This document shows, piece after piece, positions 24,858 through 38,951 of a stretch of DNA of 64,000 bases. The first letter of the stretch is position 1, and each line of letters starts with the position of its first letter. This DNA comes from Lytechinus pictus (Eukaryota). The stretch covers positions 30,320,001-30,384,000 of the forward strand of contig NC_087245.1 in the NCBI RefSeq assembly GCF_037042905.1, given 5' to 3'. Under the pieces are notes generated by a model. That model ran no database searches and was not told the DNA's origin. It worked only from the letters and a program-made list of their open reading frames with translations. The translations under genes were made by a program, and so were the position numbers.

Positions 24858-25888
24858 CTGCATAGTGGAGATATAAACCGAGAATGTCAGAATGAGACCT
24901 CTGAAGTGTGTACATGCAAGGAAAGATGGAAGTCACGAAATATATTTGGTATGAGTGAAAGTATGTCTGAAATGGGAATTTTGTAAAATTATAAAATTCT
25001 TTCTAGCAGACGCGGACATATTGGTAAATTTGTCACTTGGTGACCGAGTATCTATTCGATTAAAAATGAAAGATCTAACTACCCTATTGTAAAATATCAT
25101 ACCTCTTTGGCAGATACAACAGGCATGACAGGGATTGAATCTCTGTCCAGATATTGTCATTTTAGCTTTTCACCATTTAATTCAGAAAAATGGCATTGGT
25201 TATGCATAGGAATTAATGTGACAAATTGAATACTATCCCTTTAACTTTATACCACACTGATACAGTCGAGTATCATTTTTAAGACAGGTCTTTCTATGAA
25301 CGAAATATACATATCTTCCTTATCATGCTTATTAATATCTTAAGATTCCATATGCATGTATTATGGAATTGTTGAAAGTAACAAAAGATCACGACGACGT
25401 TCATTAAAAGCCAGGAGTGTGGCTATTATTGTATTTTACCAATATGAGTAAAATTCCCGCTCCTAGCTTCTCACAGGTGTGTTGTTTAATTATTGCAGTA
25501 ATTTGCAGTCTCTCTTTCCTCCAATGGTATCAAATTTTGGAATAAATAACATAATTCAATCCAGGAAAGTGCTACACTATCTACAGTAGGTAAAAAAAAC
25601 TCCTTAAAACAAACTACTTAATGAAATATAGGATCTTGCTCTGTGTGTGTGAGGAGGTGTGCGTCGGTTGCGTGTGTGAGGGTGTGTGTGTGCGGTATGT
25701 TTGTATGGGTCCCTGCATGCATAATTGCTTCTTGAATATGTACGTATTTCATTATCTACTACTTGTTTCTATTTCAATTACAAAAATTGTCTTTGTAATT
25801 ATTTTGTTATGTATTTAATGTAACGGGCCATTTTTTTTTTTACAAGTTTCGGCTTCTCTGTTGGTCCTAACCATTTGACTATAGGCCT

Positions 25889-27543
25889 ATATAAACCCCT
25901 CAAAAAAAGTTTGGAAATCTGTGTTTGGCCATTAATTTCTCCCAACTCCCAAGTTTACACAATGCACATTTTACATCATTCAAAAGATCATTCAATTCTC
26001 TTTAAAATGATACTATACTTGTTATGATCATGCCATCACAAAAAGAGCAGGATTCAAAAGTGTTGGATGAGGTCTGAATTGAAAAGCTGCAAAACGAGCA
26101 AAAAAGGTTTGGGAATCTGAGTTTGGCCATTAATTTCTCCCAACTCCCAATTTTACACAATACACATTTTACATCATTCAAATGATCATTTAATTCTCTT
26201 TAAAATGATATCATGCTTGTTATGATCATGCCATCACGAAAAGAGCAGGATTCAAAAGTGTTGGATGGGGTCTGAATTGAAAAGCTGCAAAACGAGCAGA
26301 AATAGTCATGAAGGGTCAATACAGAACATGATTCTTTTGTCTGTGTCAATAGAGATGAAAATCCATTCAAATCAAGCCCCTGCTTCTGTAGCGATGGTTC
26401 TGTGAGATAACATGGTTTGAGTCGTGGTTTGATATACCCATACATGTTTGTTTGTTTGTTATGTGTTTGCCTGTGCAGAGGTGTGTTTGATTCCATATTA
26501 ATGTTGATGTTAAGGTGCATGAAAATAATTAAAAGAAACCGCTGAGAAACTCACACATCACCACTGAAAAAAGAACAGTGACTTTCAATATTGTGTCATT
26601 TTGCAACTTCTGAATTTTGACCTTGCCCCACATTTCAAGGCACTGCACCTCCATATGAACGATAATCACATCATGTAGGGTATCATTTTAAAGAAAACTA
26701 AATGATCTATTCATTGATATTAATTACACATTGATATTTACTAAACCCATGAGGAATTATCGATCAAAGTCAAAAGAAACCGCTGAGAAACTCACTCATC
26801 ACCACGGAAAAAAGAAAAGTGACTTTCAATATTGTGTCATCTTGCAGCTTTTGAATTTTGACCTTGCCCCACATTTCAAGGCACTGCACCTCCATATGAA
26901 CGATAATCACATCATGTAGGGTATCATTTTAAAGAAAACTAAATGATCTATTCATTGATATTAATTACACATTGATATTTACTAAACCCATGAGGAATTA
27001 TCGATCAAAGTCAAAAGAAACCGCTGAGAAACTCACTCATCACCACGGAAAAAAGAAAAGTGACTTTCAATATTGTGTCATCTTGCAGCTTTTGAATTTT
27101 GACCTTGCCCCACATTTCAAGGCACTGCACCTCCATGTGAACCATAATCATATCATGTAGGGCATCATTTTAAAGAAAATTAAATGATCTATTCATTGAT
27201 ATTAATTACACATTGATATTTACTAAACCCATGAGGAATTATCGATCAAAGTCAAAAGAAACCGCTGAGAAACTTACTCATCACCACGGAAAAAAGAACA
27301 GTGACTTTCAATATTGTGTCATCTTGCAGCTTTTGAATTTTGACCTTGTCCCACATTTCAAGGCACTGCACCTCCATGTGAACCATAATCATATCATGTA
27401 GGGCATCATTTTAAAGAGAATTAAATGTTCTATTCATTGATATCAATTACACATTGATATCAATTACACATTGATATTAACAAAAACCGAGGAGGAATTA
27501 TCGATCAAAGTCAGATTTCCAAACTTTTTTGAGGAGTTTATAT
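25889..27543. mobile_element. Tc1/mariner-like non-autonomous element with internal tandem arrays
   Basis: TIR TATAAAC(C/T)CCTCAAAAAAAGTTTGGAAATCTG at both ends in a TA context; about 196 bp x2 (25905-26300) and 241 bp x4 (26531-27512). Confidence 0.8.
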
Positions 27544-27816
27544 GCCCTTTAATTGATTTATATTTTTCATATTGGTTTGATAATTCAATTTGTACTTGAA
27601 TACCGGCTGCTGCCGAGTTCTTTGAATAAATCGAAATATTTTAGAATAGCAATGGGAATCTACTTCACTAACTCGTGTACACGAGGGTCGAGTATGGGAG
27701 AGCTCGTACTGTTGAAGCTAGATGAGAAAAAGCTGGCAGAGCTCTAAAAAGAGGGGTACATAAAGATCTTTTTCCTACTAAGATGCACGTGTTTTCCACA
27801 GGTAATTATCTGATAC

Positions 27817-28025
27817 CCTGGGACGTCGAATGGTTTTCACCAACGAGAAATGACAAGTCAACATTTTTCTCTCTCCTTGCCGAAGACAGACTTCCTTTCT
27901 TGATCACCAGAAACTTTCCGTACACCTTACTCTCTAGCCCCAGATCACCGAAATAACGTGGTACATGAAATGACCTTTCCGCATGTATACAGTATTGTAT
28001 TCTGTTCAAAATCCGTAAAAAATTC
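27817..28025 (-). other. Candidate upstream exon of the GPCR gene
   Basis: Higher GC; pyrimidine tract plus TAG acceptor; open frame ending CAGG/GTATCA in phase 1, compatible with the 24857 acceptor; no in-frame ATG or signal peptide. Confidence 0.35.
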
Positions 28026-29829
28026 CTATAACCGAAAGAAAATGGAGTTATTACAAATGAAACGAAAAGGCAAATGATGAAATTCTAAATGCTTTCGCAG
28101 CGCTATGTAAGAATATATAATTAACAGGTTAAACGGTATATGTTAGCATGAAGTCTCCTATTTTGTTTTCATTCTATTTCTTTATTGTTTCTTTTAATAT
28201 TTAGCGAGTATGTATTAACAAAATAGGGTGCAGATTAATTTACTATAAACACGATGTGAAATGTGAAAGATAAGTCCACTGCTCTCTTGTTTTACCATTT
28301 GTAGGTAGGACTGTGTTGATAATGAATGGTCTCACTCATGATCCACGCAGGTGACAACTTAACATAAAAGGTAAGCTCTAAAAACAATGCTTTATCTTCA
28401 CTTGATAAAATTAATTATTAGATTCTTGTCGAAATTAAGATATGACTTTTTTTTGACAAGATGTCTCATATTGACAAACAACTATGAACTATCATTGGAT
28501 ATTCTATTAGATGCCAATGTATTAGGTTTCTAGTCAATTTAGAGTTGTAGAGTGTAGTAATTTGAAAGGGCGTGGGTGCCATTCTGTTCTTATCCGCATC
28601 GACTCTGCTTTCTTTATTGAGCAGGCCTTGAACAAGTTTTCAGTTTCCGCCATTCAAAATGGAGCACTCTTTTTAGCCAAGCGAGTTACAGGTGGGTTAA
28701 CCCTTTATCCAATTTCAAACACCAAATCACAAAACGACCACACCAAATGGTTGCTCTAAGTAAATATTATGAAAAATCTGTTTTAGGGAAAGAAATGATA
28801 CGTGAATTTAGATAAATAAATAGATAAATAAATAATTAATAAATACAAAAAGAATGAATGAACAAATTATTAGATAAACGAAAAATCACATAAGAATATC
28901 AAATAAAAATCGAAAGCCATGCAAACATACAGATTGACAAAACTAATGAAATTCAATCATTTTATAAAATTCAAATTATTAGATTTCATGTAGAAAATAA
29001 GCAACTTGTGAATTTATTCAAAGATGCAACTCAAAGGAAGAAATCTGCTTAAGAATTGATTTTTACTTATCAAGGAAACTCGGCAAATATGACGAATCGT
29101 CACATAAATAACATACTGATACACCCTCAGGATCTATGTGTCATGTCGCTTGTTTATCAATACAGTACTTACATTCTAATTCATCATGGGAAATGCACAG
29201 CCCCTTTCAAGGGCATTTATTCAGAGGCATGGAGAATATGAACATGATCATTTGCCAAAGTTTGATGTTTAGAGATACATGCAAGCTTATTGTCGATTAG
29301 GCATTAGTTTGGGGGAGAGTTAACTTTGCTCTATGTACGCCTCGAATGAACGGAGTTAGAACCGTCAAATTAATGCGATTACGGAAAGGGTTTCCTTCGC
29401 ACAATTTTTTTTAATTATCATCATGATTGTTATTCAATTACTGCTTGTCGATTTCATCATTATCATTATGCATTATATTTGTTTCATTCGAAAATTTCAA
29501 TCATAAATTTCAGATCTATAGAGACCGCCTTAATGCGTATCCCAATTCATGATATGATAAGAAGAAAAAAAGTATTAAACTAAATCATATTTAAATGAAG
29601 GATTGCATTTATGAGGCGTTACTATCATATTTGGTGATATTATAACTTGGAAGATATCGTCACCAAAAAAAAACATGCAAATAATCAATCAAGGCCAAAC
29701 AAACATAATAATCATATCACATGTATCTCCCTTATCATCCCGTAACCTCCCAGGCACCGCTAATGGATGTTGCCAACCTGATTATTAAGGTAGATTTCCC
29801 TGCATGTCACTGATTTTTGGACCTATAGC

Positions 29830-30031
29830 CAGTGGCGTACCTAGGATTTTCCACAGGGGGGGGGGGGCAAATTCGTCCGCCAAAAAATTTGACAAGCAAA
29901 AAAAAAAAAAAAAAAAAAGGTCTTCAAGACTCGTCAGGGGGGCAGGGATATGTCCCTTGCATGGGTTGTGACTCGTCAGGGGGGACAGTCTGCCCCCTCT
30001 GCCCCCCCCCCCCCCCGTAGGTACGCTAGTG
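29830..30031. mobile_element. hAT-like MITE
   Basis: CAGTGGCGTACCTA...TAGGTACGCTAGTG; 8-bp TSD CCTATAGC/CCTTTAGC. Confidence 0.85.
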
Positions 30032-32462
30032 CCTTTAGCCCTTGTTGATGACGGCCCCATTATAATGTGAGTAATACCATTAGAAAACAAATATCGGACA
30101 TTGCTCGATGTAGTTAGTGTGAAAACATTTGCAACCGATGATGCTAATTCCCACCGGACTCGAATTATTAGTTACACAACCAGGTCAAAACGAAAAAAAG
30201 AAATCGATTTATATTTAGCTCTGTTGATGAGCCATTATCTCACTCATGGACTTGAAATCAAGATTGTAGAAAGTAAAAAAATAAAAACATAAAGGAAAAT
30301 GGAGATCGTCACTTATTGCCTCCGTTAATGAGGAAATTCTTGTGAGGGAAACCTACGAAGCAATCAGATTGGAAATCTACTCTGTGGTTAAATAAACAAT
30401 AAGGTCAATTGTTATTGTTTATCGTTACAATACAAAATGAAAGTGATGAAAATATAATCACAAAGTAATTCAGAATATTTGTTTTCATTATAATTTATCA
30501 AGTCTGTAAGGATTCAATGTCTCTGATAGGTTTGAAGTGATTTGCATGTTTATCAGTTTGTATTTAAAAAATACTTTTGACATCGACATCTTTTGATATC
30601 TTAGCGTCTGATCGGAAATTAAATTAAAAACTTGATGAAATTAAAGTTCTATTCTCACACCAAATCTAATTTCACTTTTTTTATTTACTCAGACCTAATT
30701 ACACTATGATGAATGTTTGTCAATCCATATGAAACATTTTAGTTCTTTAAACATTGATGCTAAACATGGAATGAACGATTTTTTTAGAACTCTGCATGTC
30801 CATTCAATTCTGGAATATAACTAAAAGTAATGCTACTTAAACTGTTTTATACATGTACCTTTGATTTACTCAATCAATTTAATAAATGAAAAATGGTTAA
30901 TCCATTTTCTATTCATTAAATAATTTCATTTTTTCATTAACTTGTCATGTTAACTACTCATCGATGTTTGTTAATTGTTTGTTTGTTAGTTTATCACGTC
31001 CATGCATTTGTGTATTCATTTATCAAATTGTTTTATTTGAACATATCTATATAAAATTCATTCATGTTTAAGTACTAAATCCTACAGTTTCTTGAATCTA
31101 ACTTAAATTTTCGAAGAAAAAAGTTGGCATTGCATATAATCACAACTTCATCACGAGCTAATTTATCTGCCAACACTCACCTTTCACGTTAACGAAAATA
31201 GATACAAATCTTGGCAAATTATGGCCAATTTTTAATTGATAATTTACCCTATTTGACTTTGAATGACGACGATATAGTATTGTCTTGATAAATTGCCATA
31301 AAAAAGAGGCCTTATGAACGCTCCAATTATTTCAATAGCAGAATTATTCGATAATTGATTTGTTATCTTAAATCTAATACCATATCTGACGGATGAAGGA
31401 TTCATAAAAATTGGCAATTTACAAGCACTGTAAAATAAAATTGCAAAAAGTAAACAGCAACTTATGTTAATGCAGGTGGAGGAAGTACCTAAATTTCCCT
31501 CGCTATATCGAACTGAAAAAAACAACAACATTCATTTACAAAAATAAACATATCGACCATTTCAACACTGGTTTTAACCTTTTCTTATCTCCAAATTAGA
31601 AAAACGATTTCTTATGGCCTCTCATTACTTTTAAGTATGGCCTTTGAAATAAATCACTGTAGCGTTTTGAATGTGTGTGTGGGCGGGGGGATGCGTGCGA
31701 GGGTGTATGCGGGTGTGTGTTCATTGGTTGTAAGCGTAAAGATCATTCATATTATTCATATCAAAACTATACTTGAAGATCATGTTCCATTTCAGGCTCA
31801 GATATAATTCGATTATTCATTTCCCCAGATTTTGGATGTGGTTAGTTTTGAAATGGTTGGTAGCTATAAGAGCAAAGAAAATTTACTGGTAAAATGTTTG
31901 CGTTGCTGTTTGGTTTGGGATGTGCAATTTTCTTACGTTTTCTCCGTCTCATATACATTTGAAAGTTACTATAAGTATAACCATGAAGCCCACCCCCCTC
32001 CCCACCACTTTAATTGGTAAAAAAAAACATACACGTCTCCAAAAGACTGCAGACTGCAAAATTACCTGGCAATGACCATTTCATCATTTTTTTTCTTCAA
32101 TTTTCTGTGAATGTTTATGGATTATTTTTTTAATCACGGATAATGAAAATGTAAGAAATAGGCTTACACTGTATGAATTATTCTTTAAAAGATGGTAAAG
32201 AAGTCGCATTGAGGTTTTTAATGCAGTAAAAAGGACAGCCTATATATTTTACTTGATGATAAAATGATAAATGATAAATCCATAATTTATTGTTCGAAAT
32301 AGACATGAAATGAAATACTCCGAAAATTTGCTTTGCCCAATTGATCGTGGGCCCGGCAGCCACTGTGCAGCGCCAGATCGACGAGGCTCTATCCCTTTAG
32401 ACCTACATTAAAACATTTCTCTCTACATTATTAGACCATAACATTTTTGCCATAATTCTAAT

Positions 32463-32661
32463 CAGTGGCAGCCACCGGGATCTTTAAAGGGGGGGGGCGA
32501 GTGGTGGGCGAATGAAAATGTTGGGGAGGGGGGGGGGGGCAAAGGCAGATTATCTACAATTTTTCTTCATTTGTCAAAACTTCCTGGAGCAGATGGGGTT
32601 GGGGCAACGGTTCCAATGGGGGGAGCAAATGCCTACCCATATGCCTTTGGCGACGCCACTG
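32463..32661. mobile_element. Degenerate hAT-like MITE
   Basis: CAGTGGC...GCCACTG ends with G-runs; TSD poorly conserved. Confidence 0.6.
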
Positions 32662-35600
32662 TTCCTACGATTTACAATATTTCGCCTTAATCCTAAAATC
32701 TTCTGACTGAACTTTAATTCATTACGAGGTTATCACAGTTCAAGTTCGTTGTTTCTTTAATAGAGGCTGTTATCGGACAGTCACAACGACGAGACCGACC
32801 GATGATATGCCCTAGGAAATGATGAATTAAATTTGGTCGGTCTGGAGAACATTTTATTCGTTGTGACGGGGGCATTATAGTGGCGGGAGGCATATGACGT
32901 TCAGCATGAAGACGAGATTCGAGTCTGGATAATGACAGATATGTATATGTAGAACGGCAGCTGAGCAAGCCGAATGAATGTCTAATTGGTGCGAATGGTT
33001 ATCAGTTGGTGCAGAAGCTACTCTTTTTCAGAAGTTTTCAAGCATTTCAGTCTCCAGTCAAAGAGGCAGTTACTAATCCCAAAATGCTTTTAACTGTGTA
33101 TCTTTGATAATTCATGTTCTCTTGTGACTTTGTTGAAAGGAAAGTTTCCTAACTTAATACCAACTATGTAATCCATGGTGTTATCAAGTCTGTATTACAT
33201 GGTTCATGTCTTCATCAAGTGACTATTTCATAAAGAGATTTATGGAAATTTTGCCATTATGATCTAAATATGCGTCTGATTATACAGATTGGCCAAAGTT
33301 TGGAACCTACAAAGGACCAAAGCAAGGCGGAAGAGGGACTGTTTCACAAGGAACGTTAGAGTATGAAAGTAAATAAAGCTTGAGCCATGTTTCTTAAAAT
33401 AATCTCTATAAGGAATTTTCTAAGAAAATTACAGAATGTTTCTAACGTAAATATCATTCTTTTCTATTTGGGGACCAACTATTATAAATACCCATTGTTT
33501 TTATCATTTCATATATTACTCAAGGTATGCATCAATCCTGCTTATTTAGAAATAATGCAGCTTGAATTGTCAAATTTTGTGGCATATTTGAACCGTGTTT
33601 TTTAAACTAAAATATAAATGCTTTCAATAATTAACACTGTGAAATCATACAAGAAGTGCATATCTGTCTCCATTTTTGCCCTCGAAACTATGAAGTTGCA
33701 AGTCAGAATTCTTGCACTTTATGCTACATTAAATTGGACCTTCAACCGTTGTTTAATTTGCTAAAGACAATTATTGCTTAATCGAAAAAAGTCTGTATTC
33801 AGGTTTTGATGATGAGTTAACAAGTAATTAACCTTGTTAAGTTATGAAGATGGTAATAGCAGGGTATGGAGTTTACACACTTAACTCCTCAGAGATTACT
33901 CGCTACCATGGAAACGTAGAATTAAACTGGTTAACGAGTACTAGACTAATCAGAGCACGCGCGCATGAAATTTAATGGGATTTCGTAAAGCTTATAGCGG
34001 GCTTGGCGAAGCTAGGGGTCTATTTATTCCAAATAGTAACATGATATTAAAGAGAAATAGACGAAAGTTTAAGATAGGAAAAACACAATAATTATTTAGG
34101 AGTGTACAGTATTGTACATGTATAGTCTTAATAGAGAGTACTCTCTCGAAGGCATGTATGAGTTTTTCCACTGTGTGTTTCATTAATCCTACAATCAATA
34201 TACGTAAGTAGTATTATGCATGATAGAGCAAGTAGATAAAATTTGCATAAAATACATGGAGAAAAGGCATAATGAAACTTAAACTTGCGTAAATTTGCCT
34301 GCTTATAGGAATTAAATCTCGGTAAGTATGCATGTTTACGCAATTTTCTATTGTATGGAATAATGCAAATGAAATGACGTTTCAGTGTGGATCTGAAATT
34401 GAAAGTGTTTTTGTTTGCATTACATTCCGTATTGTGATCCCTTTTAGTTATTCATTTGCCTTTCCTACTAACCGGGCTATTATTTTCTTATATAGTGTTA
34501 AATGGTGAGAAAGAGAGCCATCATCATATGACTTGGCCAAAGGCCTATTGAGTTTGACATATTTTTAAAAACAATATCGTTGCCCCAGATCATAAAATTG
34601 CAACAACCACACCTATATTTGTTCATGATATTCATCATTCAACCCCCTCCCCCCCCCCCCCATTTCCACAGTACAGGACAGCCGCTTTAACGGTTGAATG
34701 GCTAAAACAATACATCAATGACGCGCTAAAAATAGCTCTTGTATTTCATATTTTGTGGAATAAGGCATGAAGCTTTCGTGTTTGGTTTCAATATAAAAAT
34801 ATATATTTTTAGAAGGGTGTGTGATACAGTCATTGGCCCTACACCTGCCCCAGTTAATTAATACACACCTGTGTTTTAATTAAGTAGGCAGAAAGCGTGA
34901 GTCTTTGTGCTCATCTCGTATGAAAATAATTTTCCATTGGTCTTCTTTGTGAGGTGAAGAGGCCTGTAGCGTATTTTTACATCAAAATTATATCTTATCA
35001 TGAAATATGACAATATAACATAACCTCATTACACCTTTACACACATTCATGTGAAATTGTGAAAATGATATTTAATTTCTCAGGCACTTTGAAGATATAA
35101 ATGGTTTGAAATATATGCATTGATATTTTCAAAGTAGAGTATTGGACACACAACAATGAAGTCACAACTTGGATTCTAAGATATTTATACAAAAAACTGT
35201 ACTTCCTTTAGTAGAAAGATATAATGTATATCATGTGTATAGGGGATAGATACATAAGTCAATTCGTCATAAAAGATAGTGTATTATTTTAGGGATTTTA
35301 ATTTATCGACATTAGTGTAGGCCCACTAGTTTTTTTTTCAATTAAAATTTCTAAATTTCATAAGTAGATTAACAAGTAATAAGTCATCTTTGTTCAGGAA
35401 AATTTTAGTTTGATGAAATTAACTTCGTAGACTGTTCTACAAGAATCTCGCATATACAGGCATCAATTTTACCCCTCCAATATTCAGTATCTGCCGGAGA
35501 GGCACGGGTAATGTTCCAAACTCCATGGCTCATGAGCTCGGGGCTCGGAAATCCATTTAATCAACACTTGGTTAAAAATTCTGGTGCCGCCCTGTCGATA

Positions 35601-36099
35601 GCTTCATCAATCTAAAGCCTTCATTTTTTTGCAAACATGGCTCAAAGAGATTCATGTTAAGAAAAAAAATGAAAAAAACCTGCAGGTAATAAAACTATAA
35701 GCGAAATAAGAATGAACGAAGAAGAGTTACGAGCTTAACATTGAATAGGGACATAAAGCAATTTCAGACTGATTTTCGTTGATTTTGCGAGAAAAAAATG
35801 GAGACAGAAGCTGGCTTATGAAATTAACTTGAAATTTTAGGCCAAAGACACATCTGTTATAGTTTTATTAAATATGATAAGAGTAAAGAAACAGTTATTG
35901 ACTCAATGACTTTAAAGAAACATTGGCCACTACATGTATAATATGCAAAATTTGAATGACAATTGGGAAAACCAGAGAGATTTGAGAGACTTGTTTTCGA
36001 AATGAAACATGTTATGCTGGCGTAGCTAGGAGAGAACTTGTATCATAAACAGGAGCTTGTGGATTCGAATCCCCCTTCTAAAATGATGTTGTTTCGAAT

Positions 36100-37840
36100 T
36101 TTGTTGCCACATATGGCCTGCCCTTCAGGTTTTAGATAACGGAACCTTATATACAAGCAGTTTTCCGTTAAATGCACTTCATTCATATAGCCTATTGATC
36201 ATGTTTTTTTTTTATAAAGCTTTTTTTATTTCCCTCCGATAGGGCATATATTTGCATAAACATTTTAACAATGATATAAATGACATAACATATCATACAC
36301 ACAAGCATAATTCTGTACAAAGTATAGGCCTACAGGGCGTTTCAAGCAAAAGGCAACCGAAACTAGAGTGGCCATGTCCTACACCCATCCGTTCCGCCGC
36401 CGACACTTGCAGCAGCAAAGAACAAATTAGCACCGAACAAGGCCACTCCAACAATAATTGATCACCTCTCACCCGAAACACACTGCACATTCATCATGAA
36501 AATATGTTTACATTAAACAGAAATACATATAAAGGTCCGGAAATCTTATTAAAAAATGACAAGAATTCTTTCGAAATTTACCCATTTTTTATCAAATTTA
36601 TGTGTTTTGTTTTCCATAATACTGATTTGCCTCTCATTTTTGTAACATTTTCTTATATATTGTTTAATTTTCTCAAAATTAGGTATGGTCTTTTCCACAC
36701 GAGCAGAGTATACTTGTTGTTTCGTCCAAATTATTAAACAATTTAAAGCATCGTTTCTTTTTTTCTGTGAAACCAAACAAAACATGTACAGCAGAAAGAT
36801 TTATTCTAAATCTTGTTAAACTGTATAACCAGTCTGTAAATCGTACCCAGATAAGATTTACCACATGACATTGATAAAAAAAATGTATAGCGTTTTCTTC
36901 TTCCCTTCCACAAAAAGAGCATTTTGCATCTGCAGTTATTTACATCTTTACAAGATCCTTATTCAAATATGATATCTTATTTAGCAGTCGGTACTGAAAG
37001 TACCTCATTGTAGTATAAGTTGTACATCGAAACATCGTTTTAAAATAATTGTTCATATCTCTGGTGTCCATCGAAATGCCATTGACAAACCATCTATTAC
37101 ACAATTTAGTCAATTGATCATGTTGATTGTAAATGCTTGTTAATTAGATTTCATGTCTGCAGTATCATATGCTGTCGTTCAGCAAAATGCAGTTCAGATT
37201 GGATGTAAAGTCCTCTGCGAAAATGGAAATTGTGTTCACATAAAGGGTATGATTTTGCACAAAACATATCCTGCGTGATAGACTTTGTTGCCACATATGG
37301 CCTGCCCTTCAGGTTTTAGATAACGGAACCTTATATACAAGCAGTTTTCCGTTAAATGCACTTCATTCATATAGCCTATTGATCATGTTGATTGTAAATG
37401 CTTGTTAACTGGTTAATTAGATTTCATGTCTGCAGTATCATATGTACGACAATGCTGTCGTTCAGCAAAATGCAGTTCAGATTGGATGTTAAGTCCTCTG
37501 CAAAAATGGAAATTGTGTTCACATAAAGGGTATGATTTTGCACAAAACATATCCTGCGTGATAGACTTTGTTGCCACATATGGCCTGCCCTTCAGATTTT
37601 AGATAACGGAACCTTATATACAAGCAGTTTTCCGTTAAATGCACTTCATTCATATAGCCTATTGATCATGTTGATTGTAAATGCTTGTTAATTAGATTTC
37701 ATGTCTGCAGTATCATATGTACGGCAATGCTGTCGTTCAGCAAAATGCAGTTCAGATTGGATGTTAAGTCCTCTGCGAAAATGGAAATTGTGTTCACATA
37801 AAGGGTATGATTTTGCACAAAACATATCCTGCGTGATAGA
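36100..37840. repeat. Tandem repeat of about 270-280 bp, 3 copies, the first interrupted by an L1/Tx1 insertion
   Basis: TTTGTTGCCACATATGGCCTGCCCTTCAG near 36100, 37285 and 37567. Confidence 0.9.
36206..37112 (-). mobile_element. 5'-truncated L1/Tx1-type LINE 3' end
   Basis: Minus translation RYFQYRLLNKI...CSFCGREEENAIHFFYQC...W (CCHC zinc knuckle); poly(A) tail; TSD ATTGATCATGTT at 36194-36205 and 37113-37124. Confidence 0.9.
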
Positions 37841-38062
37841 TTATTTTGAAACAAGACACGTATAACATCCAGGTCAGATGATCATATATACACATACCAT
37901 GATTGATTCTAGTTTCCGAGATCACTATCAAGTGCGGATCCAGGGGGGTCCCCTTCTTGTCAATATGTTATCTGTTTTCTTCTCCTGTTATGAGAAGCAC
38001 CCACTTTTGAATTGCGATTTGCGCTCCCCTTCCTAAACAGTTGTAGAAATGTTACACTCTGT

Positions 38063-38874
38063 GGCCCGTATTCTGAAGTTGGGTTTAACTTAAACTCAGG
38101 TTTAAAGTTGTGGTTTAAGTATGGATAGCCAACTGTTACATAAATCTAGAACGGTATGGATATCATATTTCAGCTCATTTGGCTCTCAAATTATTCATAA
38201 TTGTCTAGGCATTGTAAATAGATGATTGTCTTCACCATCGATGAATCAGGAGAGAGCACAGTAAACATAAGAAACATACAACTTTCTCATTTGTTTTATG
38301 TACCTGTCTTGACAAGTATATACCTACATGTACGTAAGTGCTGCTCTGTTTAATCATGTAAATAGTTTGTTGATTTGTTTGATTTGTACTGTGATTTATT
38401 TTTTTATCAATAAAGATTGAAAGAAAAAAAAAACAAAAAAAACATACAACTTAATAAAAAATTGGACACTTTTGGCTTCCCATAATTTTAGCACAAAGTT
38501 AGACCATGGTCTAAGTTAAACCCATAGGCCCGTATTCTGAAGTCGGGTTTAACTTAAACTCAGGTTTAAAGTTTTAGTTTAAGTATGGACAGCCAATTGT
38601 TACATAAATCACTAACAGTAGAGATATCATACTTCAGCTCATTTGGCTCTCAAATCATTCATAATTGTCTAGGAAATATGAAAAGATTATTGTCTTCACC
38701 ATCGATGAATCAGGAAAGAGCACAGTAAACATAAGAAACATACAACTTAATACAAATTTTGATACTTTTGGCTTTCCATACTTAAACCACAACTTTAAAA
38801 CTGAGTTTAAATTAAACCCGACTTCAGAATACGGGCCTATCTCTATGGTTAAACCTGACTTCAGAATACGGACC
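38063..38874. mobile_element. Harbinger-like MITE (GGCCCGTATTCTGAAG ends) holding a second copy of itself and a retroposed fragment
   Basis: Outer TIRs at 38063 and 38874; inner copy 38527-38837; poly(A) insert 38285-38439 with TSD AAACATACAACTT. Confidence 0.85.
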
Positions 38875-38951
38875 TGTACGTGTAGTGCCCTCTTCGTATT
38901 GTTATTGTTGTTGTTAATCATTGTTATTATTACCATGATTATTATTATTCA

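Noticed and set aside
26531..27512. CRISPR-like array, or three tandem 62-aa genes
   Set aside because: Whole 241-bp units repeat with no unique spacers, and the ORFs are by-products of the repeat in eukaryotic DNA
32700..33060. GC-richer stretch as a first exon of the GPCR
   Set aside because: No signal-peptide ORF or convincing minus-strand donor found
33895..33970. RFX X-box-like GCTACCATGGAAAC plus CGCGCG as the GPCR promoter
   Set aside because: One imperfect motif; similar sequences occur in MITE remnants (9654, 48150), and nothing links it to the gene
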